From Nitrosopumilus sp. (lineage in GTDB: Archaea > Thermoproteota > Nitrososphaeria > Nitrososphaerales > Nitrosopumilaceae): a stretch of DNA of 64,000 nt. The stretch covers positions 1,312,001 to 1,376,000 of the forward strand of contig CBDBLO010000002.1 of the NCBI GenBank assembly GCA_965207075.1, written 5' to 3'. The position numbers and the translations under genes are program-made. How positions within the stretch are numbered: the stretch's first letter is position 1; each line of letters opens with the position of its first letter. The notes below the pieces were generated by a model. The model saw only the letters and a program-made list of their open reading frames with translations. It did not search any database and was not told the origin of the DNA. Positions 8,586-18,025 of this stretch are shown one piece after another.

Positions 8586-9905
8586 TCACAGACCTATGCG
8601 GTAATAGTCCCATCTCTCGGGATCAAACCGGGCCACGAACTCGGCCTCCTCCTTGCTCACCCTGGCGCTGACCACGTCCCGCAGCGCAAAGCTTGTGAGG
8701 TATGTGTATTTCTTGGCGCTCGCCTGCATGATGAACATGTTGCGCATGCCGCTTCCGCCTCCCAGCCCCCAGTACCCTATGCTGAGTCCCATTGGCTCCA
8801 GGAATATGGTGTTGGACATGCCGTGGTTCTCGTCGCGTATCTCCTCTCTGAGCTTGTATCTCTCAAGCGGCCCGCCCTTTGCATACCCGACAATCTTGCC
8901 GTTCCGGCCGTTTACGCGCAGCGTGGTCAGTACGGTGCCCGGATCCATCACAGACTCGCCAAACGCAGCGTGCTTGAACTGGAGCGGGGAGGGCAGCTGC
9001 TCAAATATGTTGTACAGCGTGCTGATAAACTCTGGATCGGTCCTGGTGTTTATTGACTCGATTGTCGGTATCAGCTTTAGGTTCTCGTACGCGTGTTCGG
9101 CCTGTATTGTAATCTCTTCCTGCCTGGTCTGGAAGAACGACAGCACTGTGCTGTAAAAGTTCTTTCTCATCTGGTTTGGAAGTATCTGCATTATGGCCCC
9201 TATCATGTCGTCCTCGTTATTCAGCAGGTCCTCAAAGTACGTGACCGCCCTGCGCACTATCAGCGAGGGGCTCCATCCAAGGGCGTGGGCGTTCATCTTT
9301 GCCATCTCCATGGCCTTTGCAAAGTCGCCCAGGGCGTATCCGCTCATGCGGTCAACGACGGACAGGTACCTGCCCATCTCCATCACGTGACTCCTGAATT
9401 CCTGGTCGTCCCTGGCCATGTCGGAGCGCTCAAAGCACTGGAGCGCCCTCTCTTCTGCACTTTTCCTCATCTCGCCGTCCCAAGGATACGTGGTGCGCAG
9501 TATCAGCACCTTTACAATCTCAAAGTCTATTCCGGCCGCCCTGATCTGTTTCTGCAGGTTCTCGTCTCTGGATATGAAGTTCAGAACGCTCTCCTCGTGC
9601 GGCTTGTCCACGTTCTTTAGCGGATCCAGGTCGTGAAAGAGCGCCGCGACATACAGGTGCTCTATGTCGCTCTGCGTAATGTCGATCCTGTCCTGATCCA
9701 TGGCAAGCAGGGTCATGTACGTGACCTCCAGCTCGTGCCTGATGTTGTGGTATCCGTAGTATTTGGTGCCAAGCCCCTTGGTCTCAAAGAGGTTTATCGT
9801 ATAGTCTAGCATCTCCCTGTAGCATTCCTTATCGATGCCGCGCCGCCTCATAAGGTCCAGTATTGTCTCCTTTGTTGCGTGCGTGTATGCTGCAGTCACC
9901 TGCAT
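8586..9905 (-). CDS. HD-domain protein with C-terminal GNAT-like domain
   Basis: YHNIRHE and ALFHD motifs; C-terminal VGYAKGG...YWGLGGG; likely start MQVTAAY at 9905 (the upstream extension is low-complexity). Confidence 0.75.
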   Translation of the reverse strand: MQVTAAYTHATKETILDLMRRRGIDKECYREMLDYTINLFETKGLGTKYYGYHNIRHELEVTYMTLLAMDQDRIDITQSDIEHLYVAALFHDLDPLKNVDKPHEESVLNFISRDENLQKQIRAAGIDFEIVKVLILRTTYPWDGEMRKSAEERALQCFERSDMARDDQEFRSHVMEMGRYLSVVDRMSGYALGDFAKAMEMAKMNAHALGWSPSLIVRRAVTYFEDLLNNEDDMIGAIMQILPNQMRKNFYSTVLSFFQTRQEEITIQAEHAYENLKLIPTIESINTRTDPEFISTLYNIFEQLPSPLQFKHAAFGESVMDPGTVLTTLRVNGRNGKIVGYAKGGPLERYKLREEIRDENHGMSNTIFLEPMGLSIGYWGLGGGSGMRNMFIMQASAKKYTYLTSFALRDVVSARVSKEEAEFVARFDPERWDYYRIGL

Positions 9906-10173
9906 ATCATATTGGTTTCGTGGCGTGCTTTTAAAGATCACCGCGCACGGCCGGGGGCGACGGCCGTGCGCGAATGCCCGTATGGCTGCTCCGCTTGGCG
10001 GCTGTGCGACAGGCGTGGCTCTGGGCTGCACACGGCCGGGCGACTGCGGGGTCTGGGCGCGAAGGGCGGTTTTTTTACCGGAGACTGGGCGCGGCTGGCC
10101 GATTAACCGAGCTTGACACACAAGCCTCTCTTTGACATCATAGTAGATCACGGGGCGCCGCATGAACAAGGTT

Positions 10174-11667
10174 GGGAATCATATAGTCAAGTAAACAACC
10201 ACAATCAATATACCGTACTCTGCCGTATGTAACGCGTGTTCACCTACAGAAAGTACCGCGTGCCCGTGAGGCTGACCACGGAGGAAGAGTCAGAGATATT
10301 GAGACTCCGCGACGCGCAGCGCCAGGCATACAACTGGGCCGTGAAACGCCTCAAGTCAGGGTGGAGTACTGGCAGCGAGTATGACATGCAAAAGCTGCAT
10401 ACGGTAGAGAGGCGCACATTCCCGTGGATGGGGGAGGCGCCCGCGGCCGTACAGAGGGCCGGCATCCGCGACGCGTTTACGGCGGCCAAAATGTCCGTCA
10501 GGCGCGGGCGTGGTATAGGAGACGGCCTGAAATACAGGTCGAGGAAGCGCGGGGGGCGCGGGCCGCTCAGGTGCGGGCTACCTCCCGTAGTGGTGGGCGG
10601 ACGTAAGATCAAGCTGCCGCGCTTCGGCACGGTTGAATGCCGAGGCCCCGTGCTAGACAAGCTGCTGGAGCACGAGCCCCGGTCGTACGAGTTTGTTGAC
10701 ATGTCACAGTCCAAAGACGGCAGGAATCCCCGGTACGTACTGTACGTGTCCTGCAGGGTGCGCGTGCCGGAGTCGTGGAACTCGCCGGCATCTGCGGCAG
10801 CCGCGGCCGCTGTCGCGCCGCCAAGGCGCGCCACCAAGGGCATCGACCGTGGAGTGGTGGAACCGACCGTGGTGGCAGCGCTGGATCCGCACGGAGAGGC
10901 CGTGGATAAGACGTCGTACGACACGGCCTCCCCGTTCAGGGAGAACCGCAGCTGGTACCAACGGCGGCAGCGCAGGATGTCCAATATGAACCCGCGTTCG
11001 GGCAGGTTCCAAAGACTGCGGCGCAGGATGCGCAAAAGAATGCAGAAGGTGGCGAACCGCCGGACGTACGCGGAGTGCGTCGCGGCCAAGCACGTGTGCG
11101 ACGACCACGCCCCGCACACCATAGTGTTTGAGGGCCTCAGGCTCGGGGAGATGACACGGAGGGGAAGGGGACAGTACAAGAAGGGCTTGAACCGCGAGAT
11201 GAGGTTCGTGCGCCATTCTGTGATAGAACAGAGAGTGCGCAACCGCGCGGAACTGACGGGTATCCGCGTCATCACGGTGGATCCCGGATATACGTCTCAG
11301 GAGTGCGCGCGGTGCAGGCACGTTGCAAAGAAGTCCCGTGTAACGAGGGACATGTTCAAGTGCGTCAGATGTCATTACATTCAACAGGCGGACATCAATG
11401 CCGCCATGGTAATCGGGAGACTCGGCCTGCCAACCGTTCCCGATACAGTGCATGAGGCAGGCCCTCCGGAGGTCGGAATGCCCTTCGTGAGACGCGAACT
11501 GGATGCGCGCCTCAACTGCTTCACCGAGGCGGTCGGGGGCGTCAACGGACGGCGCGACAACCAAGCGCCGGCGCATCACCTTGCCAAAGGCATGGAGAAA
11601 GAACGTCGCAAAGTATCAAAGGATGGAGGGCCGCGCAGGCGGCAACTCACCTAAGTATATAATTCCC
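10174..11667 (+). mobile_element. Non-autonomous TIR element (IS1595-like ends) carrying tnpB, 1494 bp
   Basis: Left end GGGAATCATATAGTCAAGTAA vs right end (reverse complement) GGGAATTATATACTTAGGTGA, 16/21 matches; 8-bp direct repeat ACAAGGTT at 10166-10173 and 11668-11675 abutting both ends; tnpB stop lies inside the right TIR. Confidence 0.8.
10236..11654 (+). CDS. tnpB: RNA-guided endonuclease TnpB (IS200/IS605 OrfB family)
   Basis: RQAYNWAV, RuvC-I KGIDRG, RuvC-II IVFEGL, zinc ribbon YTSQECARC...FKCVRC, RuvC-III ADINAA; about 80-aa tail after RuvC-III. Confidence 0.92.
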   Translation: MFTYRKYRVPVRLTTEEESEILRLRDAQRQAYNWAVKRLKSGWSTGSEYDMQKLHTVERRTFPWMGEAPAAVQRAGIRDAFTAAKMSVRRGRGIGDGLKYRSRKRGGRGPLRCGLPPVVVGGRKIKLPRFGTVECRGPVLDKLLEHEPRSYEFVDMSQSKDGRNPRYVLYVSCRVRVPESWNSPASAAAAAAVAPPRRATKGIDRGVVEPTVVAALDPHGEAVDKTSYDTASPFRENRSWYQRRQRRMSNMNPRSGRFQRLRRRMRKRMQKVANRRTYAECVAAKHVCDDHAPHTIVFEGLRLGEMTRRGRGQYKKGLNREMRFVRHSVIEQRVRNRAELTGIRVITVDPGYTSQECARCRHVAKKSRVTRDMFKCVRCHYIQQADINAAMVIGRLGLPTVPDTVHEAGPPEVGMPFVRRELDARLNCFTEAVGGVNGRRDNQAPAHHLAKGMEKERRKVSKDGGPRRRQLT

Positions 11668-11687
11668 ACAAGGTTCAATACTCCTGG
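11410..11687 (+). ncRNA. Putative omega/reRNA overlapping the tnpB 3' end (boundaries approximate)
   Basis: Stems GGCCTGCC/GGCAGGCC (11424-11463), GCCTC/GAGGC, GGCGC/GCGCC, GCCGC-GCAG-GCGGC (11630-11643) at the position where TnpB guide scaffolds normally lie; inferred only. Confidence 0.4.
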
Positions 11688-11703
11688 TCTTGAACGGATC
11701 CGC

Positions 11704-12240
11704 ATGGGCGGGGAGGATAACCACACGCGCGGCGCCAAGCAGAATAGCATCCTGCAACTGCGCACCGAGTTGTCAAACCTTGCCTCCCTGGGCTCTTTTG
11801 AGTTTGTCGCACGCTTTGGCGGCGATGCCGACGACGGGCCCGCCACGTACGTCCTGCGCGACGTGACTGTAAGCGGGCCGCCTCCCGAACGGGACGTCCC
11901 GGCGCGCGGTTCTGGGGGGGACAACCGGACCTATTTCACGAAGAGCCCGATATGCCGCATAAACTGTTCTGCGCGCGATGTATCCATACTTGATGAGATC
12001 ACGCCCAGGATGCTGGGGCCCGGAACGGACTTTGCGGCAGTGCGGGTGGACATCCGTGCTGAGTCCGGAGGCGTGACGGCCAGCCTTGTAGCAAACGTTA
12101 CGGGCAGTGTGGAGGAGCCGTCGGAGTCGCGCGTGCAGCTCGTACTTGTGGTGGTGGATGTGGTAGATCCTCGGCTCGGCTCCAGCATGGGGCGCGACGA
12201 GCTGCAGAATATTTCCAAAACAGGGCCGAAAAACCCCTGA
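11704..12240 (+). CDS. Hypothetical protein
   Basis: ATG just outside the right TSD; beta-rich globular sequence; no family recognised. Confidence 0.5.
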   Translation: MGGEDNHTRGAKQNSILQLRTELSNLASLGSFEFVARFGGDADDGPATYVLRDVTVSGPPPERDVPARGSGGDNRTYFTKSPICRINCSARDVSILDEITPRMLGPGTDFAAVRVDIRAESGGVTASLVANVTGSVEEPSESRVQLVLVVVDVVDPRLGSSMGRDELQNISKTGPKNP

Positions 12241-12412
12241 CAAGTTATCCCCTGCGCGCGGCGCTTGCCGGCCGCGTACTCAGTAGGAGTCTCTTTTCGT
12301 CCAAGCGCCGCACTCTTCGGACGCGGGCTTGCTTTTTTCCTTGGCAATGGCAGTACGCTTGCGCAGGCCGGGCACGGCGTGAAGATGCGCCCCTCTCCGC
12401 CGGGCGGCTCGT

Positions 12413-13129
12413 TTATCCGCCCGTGTGCGCGTCGTACTCTTTTCTCAGATCGTCGTCGGACAGCACCTCGTACGCCTTGTTGATCTCTGCCATTGTAATG
12501 TCGGGATCCGGCGCGTCACTGCCACCGCCCTTTCTGCCGCCCGCCTGTCCGGCCCTGTCCGGGTGTGCCTCCTTTGCAAGCCTCCTGAACGCCTCCTTTA
12601 TCTCGGGCTTGGCCGCGTCGCGGCTAACGCCCAGAATCCCATAATAGTCGGGAAGTCGGCCGCCGCTTGCGTCCTCGAAGAACTCCCTTGCGGCATCCTG
12701 CCGGCCCTTCTTCCTTGTTCCCACCTCCTCGTAGTCGTCTGTCCAGGACGAGTGGTACTTTTCATACGTACGCTCTCTCTTTGAGGCGTACTCCTCTGAG
12801 TTGTCGTAGTCGTTTCTCCTTCGCAGGATTGTGTCCCTTGCAAGAAACAGAAAGATCCCGATCACCGCGGCGGCAAACCCTGCAAGCACCGCAACGGTCT
12901 CCTCGTCTGACACTTCCAGCTCCATGTTGAGCCCCGGCTCCTGCGCGTATGCGTGCTGCTGCAGCGGGGGCGGCGCCAGTACAATGGCGTGGACAAGCGA
13001 CGCTTCCATCTCCCCCGCCGGTGCCGGCAGTGCCTCCGCTGCAGTCGCTGCTGCGGACGCCGCCACGGCCAACGCCAGGACCCCCGCCGCAAGCCCGGCG
13101 CGCGCGAAAATCCAGTATGACACGGGCAA
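12413..13129 (-). CDS. Membrane-anchored protein with C-terminal J domain (DnaJ family)
   Basis: DYYGILGV...[11 protein letters not shown]...[11 protein letters not shown]; hydrophobic segments upstream; start uncertain. Confidence 0.85.
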   Translation of the reverse strand: MPVSYWIFARAGLAAGVLALAVAASAAATAAEALPAPAGEMEASLVHAIVLAPPPLQQHAYAQEPGLNMELEVSDEETVAVLAGFAAAVIGIFLFLARDTILRRRNDYDNSEEYASKRERTYEKYHSSWTDDYEEVGTRKKGRQDAAREFFEDASGGRLPDYYGILGVSRDAAKPEIKEAFRRLAKEAHPDRAGQAGGRKGGGSDAPDPDITMAEINKAYEVLSDDDLRKEYDAHTGG

Positions 13130-13156
13130 AATACACTCCGTGATTATTTATGCCAT

Positions 13157-13642
13157 TCACATCAGCCTAAAGTCTTCTTTTACCGTGTTCAGTACCACGT
13201 GGGTTATCGTATTCTTCACGTGCGTTATGTCCCCCAGTCCCTTGACAAACGTGCTCAGTTCCTGCCTCGACCTGAATTTTGCAATTATGAGCATGTCCGT
13301 TGCGCCCGTCATGTCGTATACGGCGCAGACGTTTTCATACTTGGATATCGACCCCTCGATGTGACTGATCTTGTTCTTTTCTGCAACAACCTCTATGATT
13401 GCAGTCAGCCCGTATCCGACCTTTTCGTGGTTGATGCTGGCGTGGTATCCTTGTATGACTCCAGTCTTCTCAAGCCGCTTTATCCTGCTCAGTACCGTTA
13501 CGGTCGACAGCCCTACCGCGAGGGACAGCTGGCGTGCGGAGCGCCTGGCGTCGCTCATGAGGTTCTTCATTATAAGCTCGTCCTTGCGGTCGTATCTTTC
13601 GTGCTGCCGCGCCTCTTCTGGGGGTTCTATGGGTTTGGTCAC
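13157..13642 (-). CDS. Lrp/AsnC-family transcriptional regulator
   Basis: DARRSARQLSLAVGLSTVTVLSRIKRLEKTGVIQGY; RAM domain YDMTGATD. Confidence 0.93.
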   Translation of the reverse strand: MTKPIEPPEEARQHERYDRKDELIMKNLMSDARRSARQLSLAVGLSTVTVLSRIKRLEKTGVIQGYHASINHEKVGYGLTAIIEVVAEKNKISHIEGSISKYENVCAVYDMTGATDMLIIAKFRSRQELSTFVKGLGDITHVKNTITHVVLNTVKEDFRLM

Positions 13643-13900
13643 AAACAGAATGGGCGGGAATTACTTATAATCTTATTTGGGGGGCTTCTCGGCGCGCGAG
13701 CGCCTGCGCGGGGGACACCGCGCTCCTTCCGGAGGAGCCACCTGACAGGAACCGGTGGCGTCGCGGCCTTGGCGCCGCACCTCCTGCATCTTCGGGCGCG
13801 CCCATGGCCGGGGCAGCCGCATCGGGGGCCGCCATGTCGTGCGCATGTGCGTCCCACCGTATCGTTAAACGGTTTTTAATGCGCGCGCTGCCCCATACAC

Positions 13901-14134
13901 ATGGCTGGGACTGCGAAGGACGGCCTCGCTGCGAGGGGCGATTCGCTCATGCAGGCGGGCAGGTTTGAGGAGGCGTTGGCCCTGTTTGAGGAGGCCCTAA
14001 AACTGGACGGCGGGGACCCGGACCTGTGGAACCGCGCCGGCGTGGCCCTCCGGAGCCTCGGCAGGTACACCGAATCGGTGGAATGCTTTGAGCAGTCGCT
14101 CCGGATAGATCCGCGTGACCGCGACTCTTCTTGA
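13901..14134 (+). CDS. Small TPR-repeat protein
   Basis: Two TPR motifs (GRFEEALALFEEAL; LWNRAGVALRSLGRYTES). Confidence 0.8.
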   Translation: MAGTAKDGLAARGDSLMQAGRFEEALALFEEALKLDGGDPDLWNRAGVALRSLGRYTESVECFEQSLRIDPRDRDSS

Positions 14135-14216
14135 CTTATAGCGCGCCGGCTTTTTCCCTCTCGTCGCCGGGGCGCGCGATCAAAGCTCGTATATTCAATA
14201 CTCTGCAACGTACGGC

Positions 14217-14711
14217 ATGGATTCGGCCGCGGAGAAACTGATCCGTGACGCCTCGTATCTGATAGAGGATGAGGATCTCTATGGCGCAATGCAGCTGCTT
14301 GACGAGCTGCTAAAGCAGGATCCCCGCAACGTCGGCGCGCTGCTAAACAAGGGGGCAGTCCTTCAGAACCTGGGCCACATGAAGCGTGCGGTCGCATGCT
14401 ATGACAGGGCGCTGCGCGCCGAGCCCGGCAACCCCGATGCCCTGCTAAACAAGGGCTCTGCCCTGCATGCCGAAGGGGACTACAGGGATGCGATTGCGTG
14501 CTACGACCTCCTACTGCGCGGCGGCAAAACGTCCACGCTTGCCCTCCTCTACAAGGGCCTGTCGCTTGCCGAGCTGGGCGAGCTGGAGGATGCAATACGG
14601 CACTTTGATGGGGCTCTGGGCGGAGACCCTGAGCTGGAACTCGCCCGTATCTCACGCGACATGGCCCTGAAGATGCTCGATGAAAAGACAGATCCGCGCG
14701 GCGCACAGTGA
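14217..14711 (+). CDS. TPR-repeat protein
   Basis: Repeated ALLNKG..L...G....A..CYD. Confidence 0.87.
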   Translation: MDSAAEKLIRDASYLIEDEDLYGAMQLLDELLKQDPRNVGALLNKGAVLQNLGHMKRAVACYDRALRAEPGNPDALLNKGSALHAEGDYRDAIACYDLLLRGGKTSTLALLYKGLSLAELGELEDAIRHFDGALGGDPELELARISRDMALKMLDEKTDPRGAQ

Positions 14712-14812
14712 CGGGTGGTACGGGCCTGCCGCCCCTGCATTGGCCGCGGCGCGCCCTTCTCTCCCTCCCTCCTGCCACGCGCCCTGCATCTGGGGGGAGC
14801 TACTGCGCCCTT

Positions 14813-14989
14813 CTAGAACACCGAAACGTCGCCCGGCGCGGGTCCCCTCTTGCTTGAGGCCTGATCATCCCTCTCGTACTCTTCTTTGTGCGCCCGGAGC
14901 TGGTGCTCCCTGAGGCCGTCTATGTCGTCGAACCCCTCGTGGCACGCGTGGCACTTTGGCTTGGCCTCGTCTACAATTGGAAGCACCAT
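14813..14989 (-). CDS. Small C2H2 zinc-finger protein
   Basis: KCHACHEGFDDIDGLREHQLRAH fits C-x2-C-x12-H-x4-H. Confidence 0.75.
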   Translation of the reverse strand: MVLPIVDEAKPKCHACHEGFDDIDGLREHQLRAHKEEYERDDQASSKRGPAPGDVSVF

Positions 14990-15238
14990 ACGTGGAAACA
15001 ACCACAGTCTTCAATTATCTCTTTTGCAGGGTGCGGCCGCCGCCCCGCCCCCGTCCCAGACGCGGCCCGTACCGGACTCCTACGTGTCCATGCGCCTGCG
15101 GTTATGTTGCAAGCGCTGGCAACGCCGCGTTTGGGCACTGCAACCGCGGCTAGGGCATCATACCGGCCTCCGACACGCGACTTTGCGCGGGAATCCACGC
15201 CTATCAAGGCATATATTCCACACGGGGCTTGGGCGCGC

Positions 15239-16336
15239 ATGCCTCAGCAGCTCGTGGACTGTCCTGACGCTCTGGGGCGCGCAATGTCCGGCGAGGAGCT
15301 CTCGGCCAAGGACGGCATGGACTTGCTGAACATGGAAAACATACACGCGCTCGGGGCGGCGGCGGACTCTGCAAGGAGGCAGCTTGCCGGGGACGACGTC
15401 TCGTTCGTCGCATCATACTACATGAATTACACCAACGTGTGCGCCGCCAGCTGCCAGATGTGCGCGTTCTACCGCAAGGACGGCGCCGACGACGCGTACA
15501 CGCTTGCCCCCGGGGAGATTGAAAAGCGCGTTGGCATTGCAAAGCAAATGGGCGCAACTGAGGTGCACATAGTGGGCGGGTTTCATCCCAGCCTGCCGCT
15601 TGAGTATTACGAGGACATGATCAGAACCATAAAAGAAAAGCACCCCGAGATGAACGTAAAGGCGCTCACCGCGGCCGAGATCTTTTACCTCTCAAAGCTT
15701 ACAAAGAACTCGACTGGCGAGATACTCTCCCGGCTGAAGGACGCGGGGCTTGACTCGATGCCCGGCGGGGGTGCCGAGCTGTTTCATCCCGACGTGAGGC
15801 GCAAGATAGTACGCGGCAAGTGCACCGGGCAGGAATGGCTCGACGTGATCGAACAGGCGCACGGGATGGGCATCAAGAGCAACGTTACCATGCTGTACGG
15901 CCACATCGAGAGGCCGGAGCACGTGATAGACCACCTGGTAAAGATACGCGACCTTCAGAAGAAGACGGGCGGGTTTCTGACCCTCATACCCCTAAAGTTC
16001 AGCCTGGAGAACACGGAGCTGGAGCAGGACGGACTGGTCCGGCACGAGTGCTCGTCCCTGTACGACATGCGAATAATCGCCATATCCCGGCTGATGCTTG
16101 CGGGGGTCCTTGACAACATATCGGTATACTGGGTCGCATACGGCAAAAAGCTCGCACAGGTCGCCTTGTGCAACGGCGGAAACGACCTGGTTGGCACCGC
16201 GTTCTCCGAGGAGATATACAGGGCGGCCGGCAGGCCCACGTCCTCGTCGCTTGACGAGCTGGCCGAGATGGCGCGGGAGATAGGGCGGAGCCCCGTGCAG
16301 CGAAACACCCACTTCGGGGCGATACGCAGGCTCTGA
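15239..16336 (+). CDS. mqnE: Aminofutalosine synthase (radical SAM, CofH/MqnE family)
   Basis: TNVCAASCQMCAF, HIVGGFHP, MPGGGAE, TMLYGHIE; mqnD nearby; start taken as ATG 15239. Confidence 0.8.
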   Translation: MPQQLVDCPDALGRAMSGEELSAKDGMDLLNMENIHALGAAADSARRQLAGDDVSFVASYYMNYTNVCAASCQMCAFYRKDGADDAYTLAPGEIEKRVGIAKQMGATEVHIVGGFHPSLPLEYYEDMIRTIKEKHPEMNVKALTAAEIFYLSKLTKNSTGEILSRLKDAGLDSMPGGGAELFHPDVRRKIVRGKCTGQEWLDVIEQAHGMGIKSNVTMLYGHIERPEHVIDHLVKIRDLQKKTGGFLTLIPLKFSLENTELEQDGLVRHECSSLYDMRIIAISRLMLAGVLDNISVYWVAYGKKLAQVALCNGGNDLVGTAFSEEIYRAAGRPTSSSLDELAEMAREIGRSPVQRNTHFGAIRRL

Positions 16337-16412
16337 GATCTCATCTGGGGTGCCTTTGCCGCGACGCTGTCGCCGCCTACGGTCTTTTTTGTGGACACAC
16401 GTTCCGCCGGTT

Positions 16413-16730
16413 CTATTCGGGGGGAGCCGACATGTGCCTTTTGACCGACTCGATCTTCTGGCTCATTGTAGTGTCGCGGTCGCGCCTCGAGTCCACCTTT
16501 ATCACGACGCCGACCCTGCCGACGCCCAGGTTGTGGACGGTCTCTGTCATGCGCACGACTGCCTCGTATATTTTACTCATATCTGTGGACTCTAGCACGG
16601 TGCCCATCGGGTTGAGCTGGTACTTGATGCCCCCCATGCCCTGTATGGACTCTATGGCCCTTGCAATGTAAAAGCTGGCGCTGGTGGTCTTGGTGGCCAT
16701 CGGGTACACGCTGACCTCTGCATGGATCAC
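16413..16730 (-). CDS. MTH1187/YkoF-family thiamine-binding protein
   Basis: AEVSVYPM...YQLNPMGTVLE...KVDSRRD. Confidence 0.88.
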   Translation of the reverse strand: MIHAEVSVYPMATKTTSASFYIARAIESIQGMGGIKYQLNPMGTVLESTDMSKIYEAVVRMTETVHNLGVGRVGVVIKVDSRRDRDTTMSQKIESVKRHMSAPPE

Positions 16731-16796
16731 ACGACTCCTGCGCAGCGGGGTGATTAAAAGATGGTGCGCGCGTGCCGGGACTGCCGCCCCGGCGCC

Positions 16797-17063
16797 TCAC
16801 TGCACCTTGCTTCCCTTTTTTCTCCTCTTGATGGCCCCGAAGCTTATGAGCACCAGCATGAATCCGACTGCAATCAGTATTCCGGACAGTATGCTATAGT
16901 CCTGCAGCTCCTGTTGCGCAATCAAGAGATCCAGCGTCTCCTCCTCCGTCATCCCGGACTGCCCTGCCGGCATAGACGAGCTGAACAGGGCGGATAGCGC
17001 GACTCCGACCGCGAGCATGGCCACGCCCCCCGCAAGTATCCTCTTGTCGACAAGCCATGCCAT
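16797..17063 (-). CDS. Small two-TM membrane protein
   Basis: Two hydrophobic helices and a basic C-terminus. Confidence 0.7.
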   Translation of the reverse strand: MAWLVDKRILAGGVAMLAVGVALSALFSSSMPAGQSGMTEEETLDLLIAQQELQDYSILSGILIAVGFMLVLISFGAIKRRKKGSKVQ

Positions 17064-17182
17064 GATGGGTATGTGCAGTCTTGGAAATATAATGTTAGCC
17101 TGGTTGCCGGTGTGTGCAGCGGAGCTACCCCTCCCTGCGGCCGCGCTCGCCTGCCGGGTGCGCCGCCTCCGGACTCGGTCCT

Positions 17183-18025
17183 TTACCCCGTCTGCAGTTT
17201 CGGGGCTATGCTGGGCCTAAACGGTTTTGGCAGCAGTCCCCTCTGCGACGCCATCTCAAACATCGTGTTGATCGCCTTCTCACCTGCGTCCCCCATGTCG
17301 ACGGTCTTCTCGTTGACGTACATGCGGACAAACTCCTTGATCATGTCACTGGGCTTGCCCCTCGAGTACCTCATGGCGTACTGCAGGGCTTCTTCCTCGT
17401 TCTCCTTCCCGTAGAGTATCGAGTCGTGCAGGTACCTGTCAAACTTTGCAATGGCCTCTGTCCCGATGTCCGTGCGCATTACGTTGACCCCGAGCGGCAC
17501 CGGCAGCCCGCCCGTGGCCTCGTCCCACCACTTGCCGAGGTCCGCCACCTTTGCGAGGCCCTCGTCCTCGTATGACAGCTGGGTCTCGTGTATGACGAGG
17601 CCAGCGTCGGCCCTGCCCGACCTGACCTCCTCTGGAACGCGGGAAAACTCGGTCTCCACGTACTCGAACTCCCCTATCGCGAGCTGCAGCAGAAGGAACG
17701 CCGATGTCATCCTGCCGGGTATGGCGATCTTGGCGCCCCTGAGGCCGTCCAGGCCCGTCCCGTCCATGGCGGTTACTATCGGGCCGTACCCGAGTCCAAA
17801 GCTTCCGCCGCTTCTGAGTATGGTGTATCCTGGAATGTACGCGCACGCGTGGACCGAGACGGCAGTCACGTCCAGCTGCGGCGAGGCGGCCCTCTTGTTG
17901 AGCGCCTCTATGTCCTCTACCACGTGCTCAACGCTGAACCCGGGCGACGGAATGCCGCCCTCCAGCATCCCGTAAAACATGAACGCGTCATCCGAGTCCG
18001 GCGTGTGCCCGACAGTTACTTTCAA
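17183..18025 (-). CDS. mqnD: 1,4-dihydroxy-6-naphthoate synthase
   Basis: GHTPDSDDAFMF, GYGP, AIPGRMTSA, GLVIHE, DLGKWW..TGGLPVPLG, YVN; TTG start at 18025. Confidence 0.88.
   Translation of the reverse strand: MKVTVGHTPDSDDAFMFYGMLEGGIPSPGFSVEHVVEDIEALNKRAASPQLDVTAVSVHACAYIPGYTILRSGGSFGLGYGPIVTAMDGTGLDGLRGAKIAIPGRMTSAFLLLQLAIGEFEYVETEFSRVPEEVRSGRADAGLVIHETQLSYEDEGLAKVADLGKWWDEATGGLPVPLGVNVMRTDIGTEAIAKFDRYLHDSILYGKENEEEALQYAMRYSRGKPSDMIKEFVRMYVNEKTVDMGDAGEKAINTMFEMASQRGLLPKPFRPSIAPKLQTG

Noticed and set aside
9906-10169. N-terminal extension of the HD protein, and similar extensions of mqnE, mqnD, SIS, cdc48, ilvE and the 26475 ORF
   Set aside because: Arg/Pro/Ala-rich low-complexity translations upstream of better starts with TATA-like boxes.
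9906-12240. A tnpA (Y1 or serine recombinase) partner, or a CRISPR array making the TnpB a Cas12f
   Set aside because: No HUH/Y1 or resolvase motif in neighbouring ORFs and no repeat-spacer array seen.
11931-12347. Minus-strand 138-aa ORF starting MPRKKASPR
   Set aside because: Overlaps most of the plus-strand 11704-12240 ORF and is low-complexity; cannot be supported as a gene.
13656-13670. GGGAATTACTTATAA as another end of the tnpB-element TIR
   Set aside because: Only 8 nt match, no partner end or TSD found, and it lies in the Lrp promoter region.
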